DNA of 64,000 nt. It comes from Phycisphaerae bacterium. Lineage in GTDB: Bacteria; Planctomycetota; Phycisphaerae; UBA1845. Position numbers and translations under genes: made by a program. The DNA lies in the NCBI GenBank assembly GCA_963666835.2, contig CAXXGO010000001.1:1632001-1696000 (forward strand). The letters are read 5' to 3'. The notes beneath the pieces are model-generated. The model saw nothing but the letters and a program-made list of their open reading frames with translations. It ran no database searches and was not told the origin of the DNA. Position 1 is the first letter of the stretch, and each line of letters starts with the position of its first letter. Positions 1 through 9,777 of the stretch are shown piece by piece.

Positions 1-257
1 TTCTCCACTCCGATCTCCTGAAGTTCCTCGCGTTTCACCGGAACCTGGTAGTCCGCGACGAAGAGCCGCGGATCGCAGACCACGAAGGCCAGATCCGGCG
101 TACACACGGCCTGAAGCCAGTAGAAACCGCTGCCCTCGCCGGTCTGCACCAGGGCGAACCTCTTCTGCCGGGGGAACCCCAGTATCCCTTCGTCGAAGGT
201 GATTAGGCGCTCCTCATCCACTTCCAGTTGTCCGAAACGCGACGTTTCTATAATCAT
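1..257 (-). CDS. fliW: Flagellar assembly factor FliW (3' end runs off the window)
   Basis: Not in the ORF track. Manual translation from ATG at 257 gives MIIETSRFGQLEVDEERLITFDEGILGFPRQKRFALVQ...FYWLQAVCTPDLAFVVCDPRLFVADY, matching the FliW pattern (F..GL.GF, WLQS...P.LAF...DP). GGGAG RBS upstream; lies downstream of flgL. Confidence 0.9.
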   Translation of the reverse strand, partial: MIIETSRFGQLEVDEERLITFDEGILGFPRQKRFALVQTGEGSGFYWLQAVCTPDLAFVVCDPRLFVADYQVPVKREELQEIGVE

Positions 258-476
258 CGCGAGTCTCCCTTGGCCTACTCCTAAGGGTCGGCCTTGCTGA
301 ACGCCGCGATCGACCCGACGATCGCCGTCCGTAAGCGCTCTGTTGCCCGTGACGGGTCTTTCCGTCACGTCCCGATGTCTCCCATCGGGCGACCTCCAAC
401 CCACCGGTGCCCCGGCCGAGAGGCACCGTGCGAGTGTCCTGCGACTCCCTTCCCCTTCTCCAACGCTTCCTACTCC

Positions 477-2417
477 CTAAGTCAGAAAATCGAGCAGTGA
501 CAGATTCAGCATGGCGGAACTGGTCTGCATAGTTGCCTGAAACTGAGTCGTGGTCGCCTGCAGTTCTGTCACGGCGGCGGCATAATCCAAATCCTGTATT
601 TGCGAGAGGAAGATCTCAGTCGAATCCGCGGTGTCCATCGACTGCGCCAGCAAGTCCCGGGCACCCTGCGAGTGTGCCCCGATTATTCCCTGGACTCGCG
701 TAACCTCATTGACCAGCGGCTCAAGCCGCTGAGCGGCGCGGGTGATTTCGCGGGTGTCGTCGTCCCGCAAGGCGCTTTCCAGGTCCAACAGCGCGGTCAG
801 AACTCCTTCGGTCCGAATCGGATTGACATCCGCGCCGGTCAACTCGGTTTGCGTTCCGGACGCGGGCTCCTCCAGGCCGAGATCCTGAGCCACCGTGGAT
901 AAACCCAAAGACGCAACGCTGAGATCCCCGCCTCCGCCGGTGGTGTCGACCAGGCGGATGCCGTTGTCATAAACGCCCAGCGAAGCGCTTACCGACACGC
1001 CGGCGTCAGTAGCGGCAGTGTTGATCAGGTCGATCACATCGCCGATCGTCAAGGCCGTGTCGAGATTGACTTCGAAGGCCGAGCCGTCCTTGGCCGTGAT
1101 TCGAAGGTCGTTACCACCCTCGTCGCGGACGATTCCGGATCCATCATTGAGATCCGTCAAGAGAACGCTGGAGTTGAACGTGCGGATCCCCAGATCGGTG
1201 GCCGTCGTTCCGGTGCCCTCGCTGATGCTCAGTGACGTGCCCGATACCTGGTTGAAGATATCGATGCCGGTTCCGTCGTGGTTGATCGTTGCCAAGACGG
1301 ATAAGCCGCACCCGTTTATTCGATTAATGATGTCCTGGACGGTTTCTGCTCCACGGACGTCAACGGTTACGGTCTCCCCGCCGTTGGTTATGGTCAGACC
1401 GCCGACCAAGTCTATTCCCGTGCCGTCCGACAACAGGTCCACCGGAGTAAGACTCGTCACGCGCGCGCCGAGGTCGGCTCCATCAATCTGCGCCGTTGTC
1501 GGAGTTGTCGTCAAAATCCCCAGGCTTGCGGCGAGAGTGCCGGTGCCGGTATCGCTGATTACAACCTCGCCGCCGCCCGGAGTGATCGTAATCCCGGTGC
1601 TTCCCACGGCGGCCGTCAAAGTGGATCCGGCATCGGCCGCGGCCGCGTTGATCAGGTCGACGACGTCGCCGATCGTATCAGGATCCGTCAGATCTACGGT
1701 GAAGGCTCCGACTCCGCCCGCCTCATTGAAAACGAGCACTCCGCCGGGGATTCCCTGTCCGGAAGCGCCCCGCAGATCTTCGATACGGTTATCCGCGGTC
1801 AGCGTGGGGCTGAGATCCACGGTCGAGGCGAGTTTGGCGGACAGCGCCCCGAACAGGACGTTACCCGGCACATTGACGACGATATCGAGGTCATCGCTGG
1901 CGCGGGTGACGAACTCTCCCGTATCTCCGGTGTAGGCGATTCCGCCCAGGGTGTTGATAAACGGTTGCTCCGTCGTGTCGCGTCCGGCGAAGAGATACCG
2001 GCCATCGAATTGTCGATTGCCGACGACTTGGAGCTGCTGACGGATAGCCGCAATCAACTCGGCGTCGGCCTGACGCTCGGCCGTACTGGTGAGGTTGCCG
2101 ACGTCCTGGATGGCGATGTCGTTGGCTTCGATCAGCAGGGAAGTGATTTCGGTGATGGCGTCATCGGCGGCGGCAAGCGTGTTGTCACCGTGCTGCAAGT
2201 TGGCGACGTATTGTTGCTGTCTCTGCAAGGCCTGAGTCAGATCGGCGGCTCGGGCGGCCGAGGTGGGATCGTCGCTCGGGTTCACGAAGGTCCGCCCCGA
2301 GGCGATCTGGGCTTGCGTGTTGAGCAGTTCGATCTGGCTGGTCCGCAACGAATCGGTAAGCAGGCCGAACCGGAGGTTCTGACTGATGCGTGAGAGATTG
2401 ATGGGACTTATTGCCAT
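477..2417 (-). CDS. flgL: Flagellar hook-associated protein 3 FlgL, long form
   Basis: Flagellin-like N-terminus (QIASGR..NPSDDP, GRYLFAG) and C-terminus (D.DYAAAVTEL...LSLLDFL); follows flgK. Confidence 0.92.
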   Translation of the reverse strand: MAISPINLSRISQNLRFGLLTDSLRTSQIELLNTQAQIASGRTFVNPSDDPTSAARAADLTQALQRQQQYVANLQHGDNTLAAADDAITEITSLLIEANDIAIQDVGNLTSTAERQADAELIAAIRQQLQVVGNRQFDGRYLFAGRDTTEQPFINTLGGIAYTGDTGEFVTRASDDLDIVVNVPGNVLFGALSAKLASTVDLSPTLTADNRIEDLRGASGQGIPGGVLVFNEAGGVGAFTVDLTDPDTIGDVVDLINAAAADAGSTLTAAVGSTGITITPGGGEVVISDTGTGTLAASLGILTTTPTTAQIDGADLGARVTSLTPVDLLSDGTGIDLVGGLTITNGGETVTVDVRGAETVQDIINRINGCGLSVLATINHDGTGIDIFNQVSGTSLSISEGTGTTATDLGIRTFNSSVLLTDLNDGSGIVRDEGGNDLRITAKDGSAFEVNLDTALTIGDVIDLINTAATDAGVSVSASLGVYDNGIRLVDTTGGGGDLSVASLGLSTVAQDLGLEEPASGTQTELTGADVNPIRTEGVLTALLDLESALRDDDTREITRAAQRLEPLVNEVTRVQGIIGAHSQGARDLLAQSMDTADSTEIFLSQIQDLDYAAAVTELQATTTQFQATMQTSSAMLNLSLLDFLT

Positions 2418-2491
2418 CCGTCTGTCGCCTTACTCAAAGTTGCCAGAACGGCTCGACCTTCCGTCGGGCCGACCGCGGGCACCGAGCCCGC

Positions 2492-4222
2492 CTAGCTTGC
2501 CAATAACATCAACTCGTCCAGAAGCTCATCCACAACTTGTATGAAGCGGGCGGCTCCCTGGTACGCCCGTTCGTATTTCAGAAGCGAGATCGCTTCCTCA
2601 TCCAAATTCACGCCGCTGATGCTCTCCTTCTGCGTTTGCAGCGACGAAAGTACGGAGGAGGCGGACTCGCTGTTCTGATTGGCGGCGGCCGTCGAGACCG
2701 CTACCGAGTTTGTAAGCGAGTTATAGAACTCGGTGATCGTAACGTCGCCGAGCATCGTGCTGGCGGCCGTATCCAGCGAGGCTATGCGCCCGGCATTGCT
2801 GCCGTTGCCCGCGATGTTTACGGATGCCGCCGCCAGAAGCGACGGCTGTTCTATCAGGGCTTCGTTGACCGCGATGTCGCGGGCGTCGTGGCCCGTAAAC
2901 AGCGTGTTGACGCCCAGAGCGGCGAGCACCCCCGAAGTGTCCTCCCGAGCCTGCGCACCGTCGTACCCGAACACGAAGGTCCTGCCCGTGTCCGCCGTGA
3001 AAGCGATTCGATTGTCGCTGGTTATCGAAGCGGTGACGCCGTCGACCTGAGCGTTGAAGTCGGTGACCAGGGTCTCGAGCGTAGTGTCGGTGCTCTCCCC
3101 GGTGATATTCACGTCAATCTGGTAAGAGACCGGGGTGCCGCTCAGGTCGTCCAGGACGGTTACGAAGAAGCTCCCGTCTTCGGGTGGATTCGCGAGCCCG
3201 GTGGCGCTGTCGGCCAGGCCGGTCGTCCTGCTCAGAACGTCCACCGTTCCCGTCGTAGCAGTAAACCCGGTCAGCCCCTGCCCGTCGGCGTGGATGCGGT
3301 TCACTTCCGTAATGACCGCTACGGCCAGCCGGTCGAGGGTGCCGACCTGCCCCAGAGCGTGCTCGTCCCTTGCCGCGATCAATCCGGCCAGGCGACCGGA
3401 TCCGAGGCCGATCTGCTGGTTGGTATCGGCGAAACGCACCGATGTAAGGGGGATTTCGTCTTCGATCTGTTCTACGGCGATAAGTCCGCGATTGTAACTG
3501 CCCTGCACGAGCGCTTCGCTGCCGACGTAGACGTTAATACTCCCGTTGGGCTGTTCGCGGACGGTTACGTCGAATAGCACACTGAGGTCGCGCAGGAGTC
3601 CGTCGCGCTGATCTCGCAGGCTGGACGCCTGGGCATTCGTGCCGGCTTCTGCGGTGGTGATTTCGGCGTTTAACTCGGCGATCTGGCGAGCGAGGTCGTC
3701 GGCGTTGACGACCAGGCTGGCGATCTGCCCGTCCAGGTCTTCGGCGATTCCCGTGAGGTTGCTACGAAGGGTGGATATTGACGTGGCCAGTTGCGCGCCG
3801 CTGGTCAGGGCGAGGTCCCGGGTGGAGACGTCGTCCGGACGATTCTGCAACTCGTCGAAGTTGTTCAGGAAGTCGACCAGGGTCGTTCCAATGTCGCTTC
3901 CGTCGACGTTGCTGAACAGGGATTCGATTTGGGACAGCGCCTCCAATTGGGCGTCCGCGTAAGCGTCGGTCCCCGCGGCGAGTCGCAGGCGTCCTTCCAG
4001 AGCTTCATCGATGTTTCTTTGGATACCGGTGAGGGCGACTCCGGCTCCGGGCTGCAGGTTACCGCCGATCACGCCGCCCTGGAGCGGACTCATATCCGCG
4101 GACAACCGGGTGTAGTCTTCGCTGCCGGCGCTGCTGACGTTGTTGCCCACGACCTGCAGCGCGGTCTGATAGCCCATCAGAGCAGTCTGGCCGGTGTGTA
4201 GTGCGGAGTTTAACAGTCCCAT
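2492..4222 (-). CDS. flgK: Flagellar hook-associated protein 1 FlgK
   Basis: ALQVVGNNVSSA...YTR N-terminus, LRDQRD, and SGVNLDEEAISLLKYERAYQGAARF C-terminus. Confidence 0.95.
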   Translation of the reverse strand: MGLLNSALHTGQTALMGYQTALQVVGNNVSSAGSEDYTRLSADMSPLQGGVIGGNLQPGAGVALTGIQRNIDEALEGRLRLAAGTDAYADAQLEALSQIESLFSNVDGSDIGTTLVDFLNNFDELQNRPDDVSTRDLALTSGAQLATSISTLRSNLTGIAEDLDGQIASLVVNADDLARQIAELNAEITTAEAGTNAQASSLRDQRDGLLRDLSVLFDVTVREQPNGSINVYVGSEALVQGSYNRGLIAVEQIEDEIPLTSVRFADTNQQIGLGSGRLAGLIAARDEHALGQVGTLDRLAVAVITEVNRIHADGQGLTGFTATTGTVDVLSRTTGLADSATGLANPPEDGSFFVTVLDDLSGTPVSYQIDVNITGESTDTTLETLVTDFNAQVDGVTASITSDNRIAFTADTGRTFVFGYDGAQAREDTSGVLAALGVNTLFTGHDARDIAVNEALIEQPSLLAAASVNIAGNGSNAGRIASLDTAASTMLGDVTITEFYNSLTNSVAVSTAAANQNSESASSVLSSLQTQKESISGVNLDEEAISLLKYERAYQGAARFIQVVDELLDELMLLAS

Positions 4223-4228
4223 GGTTTA

Positions 4229-4750
4229 TTATCCGACTGTATCGACAATTGCGGTTCTCGATGACGCAACGACGGCGCCTTGTCCGGAATAGCCTTGGGT
4301 TTCGCTGCGCGGTTTCACGGCCGCAAACACCCAGTTCAGGTGATTGACGACGGTGTGGGCGATGACTCCGGCCGTCCGATTCGCTTCGCCGACTTGGGTG
4401 ATTTTCTCTCGGAGACTGTCGCGGGCGGCGAGCAGAGCTTCTTTCTGCGGTTCGGGCGTGTGCTTCGCCAGTTGTGATATCGAAACGGACCGCGCCTCCT
4501 TCGGCGAAAGGTTCAGTTGCTCACCGATCGTGTCCATGAGTCGACGGCGCAAACCTTCACGTTCGTTGATTCGCCCGACCACCTGTTCTTCCTGCATGCC
4601 CAGCGTGCGCATCCGGCCGACGTCGGACTTCTTCATGGCGTCGATCTTCTCCCGAGCGAGGCTGAGAAGCTCGTCGTGGAGCGTGCCCAGCCTGCCCAAC
4701 AGGCAGAGCAGATCGCTGATCCGGCTTGCTGAGATTGCTTCCGCCATCAT
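4229..4750 (-). CDS. flgN: Flagellar export chaperone FlgN
   Basis: 173-aa helical protein directly upstream of flgK with C-terminal GYS..G motif; standard position. Confidence 0.8.
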   Translation of the reverse strand: MMAEAISASRISDLLCLLGRLGTLHDELLSLAREKIDAMKKSDVGRMRTLGMQEEQVVGRINEREGLRRRLMDTIGEQLNLSPKEARSVSISQLAKHTPEPQKEALLAARDSLREKITQVGEANRTAGVIAHTVVNHLNWVFAAVKPRSETQGYSGQGAVVASSRTAIVDTVG

Positions 4751-5076
4751 GCGCTCCCTTCCTGCGCTAATGCTGAGGCTCGGCTCATGCCGATCTGTTG
4801 ACGCTCCAGCCGATCGTAAAGCACATTGGCCAGCCCGCTGTTTCCGGCAGTTCCCATCCGTTCCGCCAGGATGGCGTCCAGTTGGTTGGCGAAGACCTCT
4901 TCGCCCCGGCCGCCGTGTCCGTACTCGCCTTTGATGACACTCTGCCGCATGGTCTTGAGCAGAGTGCCGTAGAACACGGAGCCGACGATCTGCCCGGAGG
5001 TCTTACGCAGGGCGGCGAGATCGCGATCCACGTTGCTTGCGGTGTTTAGCGAGGTACTAGCGGTGTCTACGGTCAT
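4747..5076 (-). CDS. flgJ: Rod-binding protein (FlgJ N-terminal domain only, no muramidase)
   Basis: VFYGTLLKTMR...GGRGEEVFANQLD...LA...GLANVLYDRL resembles the rod-binding domain; between flgI and flgN. Confidence 0.8.
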   Translation of the reverse strand: MTVDTASTSLNTASNVDRDLAALRKTSGQIVGSVFYGTLLKTMRQSVIKGEYGHGGRGEEVFANQLDAILAERMGTAGNSGLANVLYDRLERQQIGMSRASALAQEGSA

Positions 5077-5078
5077 GC

Positions 5079-6218
5079 TTATCCCTCGTACAGAATCCGC
5101 GCGTGCAACTTGCCGGCCCGGTGGATTTCTTCCAGGATCGCTATGCGATCGGCGAACGGTACTTTCAGATGATTGAGGGCCTCGAGAAGATCCTGCACAT
5201 TCGGCAGACGTTTCTCGACGGAATCCAATGGCACGAAATCCAGTTGTTCGAAGGCCGGCTGCGGCGGCGCAGAGCCGTCGGGGAGCGGGTTGGCGACCGT
5301 GACCGTCATCCCCAACTGGGAGACGACTACCGGAGACAGACGCGTGTCACCTGTCACCACGATTGTGCCGCTCGTCCGGTTGATAGTCACCCGGGCTTCA
5401 TTCGACTCCATCAGCAGCGGTGTACGCTCCACATCGCGAATCCAGGATGCCGGATCGCCGCGCTGGTGTTTGGGTACGAGCACCGCGATGTTCTTGCTGT
5501 CCAGAGCCAAAGCCACCCGCTCGACGTTTGCGGAGATGCTCAGTTCCTTGTCGACTGCCTGGGCAATCGCCGCCGCCATAGACCACCCGGCGTGGGTGTC
5601 GTCCAGAACAAGAGTTATGTATGTCTCGCCCGCCTGCACCCAGGGGTTGCGGAACCCGGCACTTCTCAGGTCCGTTCCGGTGGCCAGGACGTTTATTACT
5701 ACGTCGGTTTCCATCCGCGCTCCGTCGCGGATGACCCCGGCGGTCGGGATGTCTTCCGTGACTGCGATCATCCCATGGGCGAAGGCGAAAAGGCCGTCCA
5801 CGTTGCGGTCGTTGTAGATCAAGGGCGTGGACATTAGCCGCCCGCCCATAAGGCTCTTGGCTGCGTGGGCCGTTACGGTGACGTCGAGCAACTCGCCCTC
5901 GCGCGCTCCGTGGTCGGGAATGATGGCCTCGATGGTGACGATCGCGACGTTCTTGGCGGATTGGACGTCATCGATGGAGTCGACCCTAACGCCGAACCGC
6001 GCCATCATTGCCGCTAGACCCTTCATGGTCGGCAGGTACTTACCGCCGTCGCCGGTTCCATTGAGTCCGGTTACCAGCCCGTAGCCCACCAGGATGTTCT
6101 GTCCCTGGCCTTGCAGGTGCGTGATGTCTCCCACACGTGCCGTGGGGATCTGCGCGAACGTCTCGGCAGCGAAGGCGACGATGCCGACAGCCAACAGGAA
6201 TGTGAGGTTCCTTCTCAT
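5079..6218 (-). CDS. flgI: Flagellar P-ring protein FlgI
   Basis: Signal peptide; NILVGYGLVTGLNGTGD, KNVAIV, AKSLMGG.L, INRTSGTIVV, AGKLHA. Confidence 0.96.
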   Translation of the reverse strand: MRRNLTFLLAVGIVAFAAETFAQIPTARVGDITHLQGQGQNILVGYGLVTGLNGTGDGGKYLPTMKGLAAMMARFGVRVDSIDDVQSAKNVAIVTIEAIIPDHGAREGELLDVTVTAHAAKSLMGGRLMSTPLIYNDRNVDGLFAFAHGMIAVTEDIPTAGVIRDGARMETDVVINVLATGTDLRSAGFRNPWVQAGETYITLVLDDTHAGWSMAAAIAQAVDKELSISANVERVALALDSKNIAVLVPKHQRGDPASWIRDVERTPLLMESNEARVTINRTSGTIVVTGDTRLSPVVVSQLGMTVTVANPLPDGSAPPQPAFEQLDFVPLDSVEKRLPNVQDLLEALNHLKVPFADRIAILEEIHRAGKLHARILYEG

Positions 6219-6222
6219 AGCT

Positions 6223-6936
6223 TCAGAATGGCCTCAGGGCGTCCAGAAGTTGGGGGATCCAGCCTCGCCGGGACGCGGCCCGCAAAGCGCCTTCGTTCTT
6301 GACCACCACGTTTTTCTCCGCGATCAGGGTGCTCAGGATGGTGTTGTCGGCCGTGACGTCTTCCTTGCGGCAGACGCCGGTCAAGGTGATTACGCTGATT
6401 TCGTCATCGTGTTCGACTCGCCCGCGGGCTTCGAGCACCAACTGCCCGTTGGGTTTAACGTCGATGATCCGGGCAGTCAGGCGGGTCGTCAGTTTGTCTT
6501 CCCGGTTGGTATCGCCTTCGTTCTTGGTTTTGTGGTCATACTTGTAGCTGACATTGGGTTTGCCTCGATGGAACGTGGCGGCCCCCAGCCCTCCGGTTGT
6601 CGGTTTGAAGAAGGCGTCGAGTTCACTGTTGATGTCGAATTGCTTCTTCGTTTCCAGATCGGCGTCCGCTTCGAACTTGCGTTGCTCGCGCACGATGATC
6701 GTAATCAAATCGTTGGGCCTGAACGTCTTGGGCAGCCGCGGACGTTCGCCGATCCAGGCGTATTCTTCATAGACCGGGTTACGCTCTACGTGGGGAGCCT
6801 CTCGCGGGGCTTTGGGGATGACCTTGCCGGCCTCGGCTTTTCGCTTTTGAGCGCCTAAGGAGGACGTCTGGGCAACCGTTGGGGCCGTCAGGCTGCCCCA
6901 AAGCACTGCAGTAGTAATGACGATGGTACGTGTCAC
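6223..6936 (-). CDS. flgH: Flagellar L-ring protein FlgH
   Basis: NDLITIIVRE, TARIIDVKPNGQLVLE, LTGVCRKEDVTADNTILST, C-terminal GW...RPF. No lipobox Cys visible. Confidence 0.92.
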   Translation of the reverse strand: MTRTIVITTAVLWGSLTAPTVAQTSSLGAQKRKAEAGKVIPKAPREAPHVERNPVYEEYAWIGERPRLPKTFRPNDLITIIVREQRKFEADADLETKKQFDINSELDAFFKPTTGGLGAATFHRGKPNVSYKYDHKTKNEGDTNREDKLTTRLTARIIDVKPNGQLVLEARGRVEHDDEISVITLTGVCRKEDVTADNTILSTLIAEKNVVVKNEGALRAASRRGWIPQLLDALRPF

Positions 6937-8111
6937 GACGATGGCCCCCTTATCGCAAGCTGTTCGGCGTTGCGGAAAGCGGCGGCCGCGGCTATCTCCA
7001 CCTGCCCGGGACCAACCACAGTTGCGTCATACTCGACACGCCGATCGTTGGCGGCGCGAACTTTGATCACATCTCCGAGCAGGCCGGTCTCCGCCGCTTT
7101 GCCTGTCGTGGTTATGCGGATTCCCCCGACCACCGAGGCTAAGCTGACCAGTTCGCCGCGCTGGACGAGCGGGACGGCCTCCAACATCTCCGGTTCGATC
7201 AGTGTGCCGACAGGGAGGTAGCGCTTGGCGCGTTGTCCGACAACCATAGCGAGGTTGTCGTGCCCCAGCTTGTCCAGACGCGTTACGGTCATGGGCACCA
7301 GATGCACGTCCGAGGTTCGGACGGTTGCGCCCTGGTTGACCGACCGGCGCGCCGCTACCACCTTACGCATCATGGATACCTGGACGACCATCGGCACGGT
7401 TTGCACCACCCGGTCGTCGGTGAGGATGTCCACCTCTATCGAAGTGAGCCCCAGCGGCGACCCGCGACGGTGTTGAATCCTGAACCTGTATTCCGGACCG
7501 GACAGACCCAGGACGTGTTCCGACACGCGGTCGAAAATAACCTGGCTCTTTCCGTGGTATCGTTCGAACTCGGTGTCGAAGTAGTCGATGATCGCTTGCC
7601 GCAGAGTGGCGGCATGGTTGGTCTCGGCCTCAGGCCGGACTCCGGTTGGTAGTAGGGCGGTGTTTTGCGCGGAGGTCGGCGGGGCGGTGTTCAACGCCGG
7701 AAGATTCGATCGGCGGTTCGAACCCCGTGGAGGGACCGACGGTCGCGATACTGTACATTGCGTTGCCCCGTGCAATGCCAGGGTCGCCATGTTGGCCCCG
7801 CTTGCCGCAATGGCCGCTCGGATCATGTCGATGTGGATGAGTCGCCGTCCGCCTGTCGGCGGGGCGTCGGCGATCGAGAGATCGGTCAACGCCTGCTCGA
7901 TCTCGAGATCAAAGCCTGTCAACTCGCACAGATCGCTCAACTTGACCGTGTCATCAACTACTGAGGCCGAGGGCCAAAGCCGGACCGTGCCGGCAAGCGC
8001 CGGCCCACTGACTGCTCCGACAAGCAGCGCGATCAGTACGAGCCGCCGCCGGTTGAGGCTCCGGCCGGCGTTGTTCGGACTATCGCAATCCTTGCGGGTC
8101 ATCACATGCAT
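6933..8111 (-). CDS. flgA: Flagellar P-ring formation chaperone FlgA
   Basis: C-terminal SAF/FlgA region (VVAARRSVNQG, PLVQRGELV, GKAAETGLLGDVIKVR); between flgG and flgH; extended N-terminus. Confidence 0.9.
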   Translation of the reverse strand: MHVMTRKDCDSPNNAGRSLNRRRLVLIALLVGAVSGPALAGTVRLWPSASVVDDTVKLSDLCELTGFDLEIEQALTDLSIADAPPTGGRRLIHIDMIRAAIAASGANMATLALHGATQCTVSRPSVPPRGSNRRSNLPALNTAPPTSAQNTALLPTGVRPEAETNHAATLRQAIIDYFDTEFERYHGKSQVIFDRVSEHVLGLSGPEYRFRIQHRRGSPLGLTSIEVDILTDDRVVQTVPMVVQVSMMRKVVAARRSVNQGATVRTSDVHLVPMTVTRLDKLGHDNLAMVVGQRAKRYLPVGTLIEPEMLEAVPLVQRGELVSLASVVGGIRITTTGKAAETGLLGDVIKVRAANDRRVEYDATVVGPGQVEIAAAAAFRNAEQLAIRGPSS

Positions 8112-8186
8112 CCTGCATCTCTCAGCTTCGGCCGCGGTTTCGCCCGCAGCTCCTACGGTTGACTCACGTCACGCTGCTTTCCCCGT

Positions 8187-8996
8187 TTAGAACCTTCTCA
8201 GGTTCGATACCACACTCAGCGATTCGTCGGCGCTCTTGATCGACTGACTATTCAATTCAAAGGCCCGTTGCGTGGTGATCAGGTCGATCAGTTCGCGCAC
8301 GGGATCCACATTGCTCTTCTCCAGGTGTCCCTGATTGATGGCCCCGAGACCGTCCGATTGGGGCGTGCCCGTGACCGGTGCCCCGGACGCGTCAGTTTCA
8401 ATGTAGAGGTTCCGTCCGATCTGCTTGAGCCCTTCAGGATTGACGAACCGGGCCAACTCGATCTGCCCGACGGTCGTCAGCGTATTCGATCCCTGCTGCC
8501 GCACTTGCACCTCTCCGTTGGCGCCCACGCTGATGTCGAGGGCGTCGTCCGGGATGGTAATGGGCGGCTCAATGAGCGGGCCGCGGCTGTTGCCCAATAC
8601 GACGTTCCCCACGGCGTTCTGCGCGAAGTTTCCGGCTCGCGTATACGCCGTGATCTCCGAGCCGTCCTGGACGGTCTGAACCTGATAGAAACCCTCTCCG
8701 TCTATCTGCCAGTCAAGCGGCCGGTCGGTCGGATCCACCGAGCCGGGCGCGAAGTTCAATTGAGTGCCCGATACCTTCACGCCGGTACCTACGAGAATTC
8801 CGTGAGGAACCGGCTCATCTTGAGCATTGGGGACGCCCGGCTCCCGCTTGACCTGATAGAGCAGGTCCTCGAAGTTCACCCGGGACCGCTTGAAACCTTC
8901 GGTGTTGATGTTCGCCAGGTTGTTGGCCACGACGTTGAGCTTCTCATCCAGAGCTCTCATCCCCGAGGCAGCGGCGTGTAATGCGGTTATTGCCAT
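8187..8996 (-). CDS. flgG: Flagellar basal-body distal rod protein FlgG
   Basis: ANNLANINTEGFKRSRVNFEDLLYQ, YTRAGNF, LEKSNVDPVRELIDLITTQRAFELNS. Confidence 0.96.
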   Translation of the reverse strand: MAITALHAAASGMRALDEKLNVVANNLANINTEGFKRSRVNFEDLLYQVKREPGVPNAQDEPVPHGILVGTGVKVSGTQLNFAPGSVDPTDRPLDWQIDGEGFYQVQTVQDGSEITAYTRAGNFAQNAVGNVVLGNSRGPLIEPPITIPDDALDISVGANGEVQVRQQGSNTLTTVGQIELARFVNPEGLKQIGRNLYIETDASGAPVTGTPQSDGLGAINQGHLEKSNVDPVRELIDLITTQRAFELNSQSIKSADESLSVVSNLRRF

Positions 8997-9009
8997 GGGT
9001 TATCGTCTT

Positions 9010-9777
9010 CTATTGCACTCGGCCCACTCGGGCGACGGCCTGGCCCGTAACCTGATCCTGCAACTGAACCATTGTGGCGTTCATCTGGTATGCGCGGGAC
9101 GCTTCGATCATCGAAGCCAGCCCCTGCATCACGTCAAAATTCGCTCCCTCGCGGGAGTTGGGCACAAGCTGAGTCGCTATTGGCTCCATCGTGGCATCGC
9201 CGGCAGTGAAGAGATTCTCGCCGACTTTGCGGAGGGCTCGTAAGTCGTCAGCGCCGACGACACCGAGCTTGGCCACTTCCACTTCGCCTTCCATGACGCT
9301 GCCATCCGCTCCGATGGAAGCCGGACCGCCGGTATTGCTCAACACGATCGGGGCACCATCTTCCGAAAGCACTTTCCAGGTGCCGTTGCCGGCGGCTAGG
9401 GCCAGTTCTCCGGCGGCGTTTCGGGTGAACTCCCCATCCCGCGTGTAACGTGTCTCGGCGCCGTCACTAACCGTGAAGAACCCCTCCCCCTGAATGGCTA
9501 CGTCCAGCGGCTTATCGGTGCGTTCAATCGGTCCTTGCTCAAAGCTGTGATAGGAAGGGCGGACGTTGATCCCGCCGGCCATTCCATCCAGCACCGGATG
9601 CTTGAAGGTAAACCCGTCGACGGATTCCTCGCTCTCGACCGGACGCTGCATCACCATGGCCAGATCGTGCTTGAAGCCGGTGGTGTTGGCGTTGGCCAGG
9701 TTGTTGGTCAGAATGGTCTGCCGGTGATCGTTCACCTTCATCCCCGTCGCGCCTAGCCATAGTCCGTAGCTGCTCAT
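9010..9777 (-). CDS. flgF: Flagellar basal-body rod protein FlgF
   Basis: NNLANANTTGFK, LDVAIQGEGFF, YTRDGEF, MIEASRAYQMN; upstream of flgG. Confidence 0.88.
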   Translation of the reverse strand: MSSYGLWLGATGMKVNDHRQTILTNNLANANTTGFKHDLAMVMQRPVESEESVDGFTFKHPVLDGMAGGINVRPSYHSFEQGPIERTDKPLDVAIQGEGFFTVSDGAETRYTRDGEFTRNAAGELALAAGNGTWKVLSEDGAPIVLSNTGGPASIGADGSVMEGEVEVAKLGVVGADDLRALRKVGENLFTAGDATMEPIATQLVPNSREGANFDVMQGLASMIEASRAYQMNATMVQLQDQVTGQAVARVGRVQ

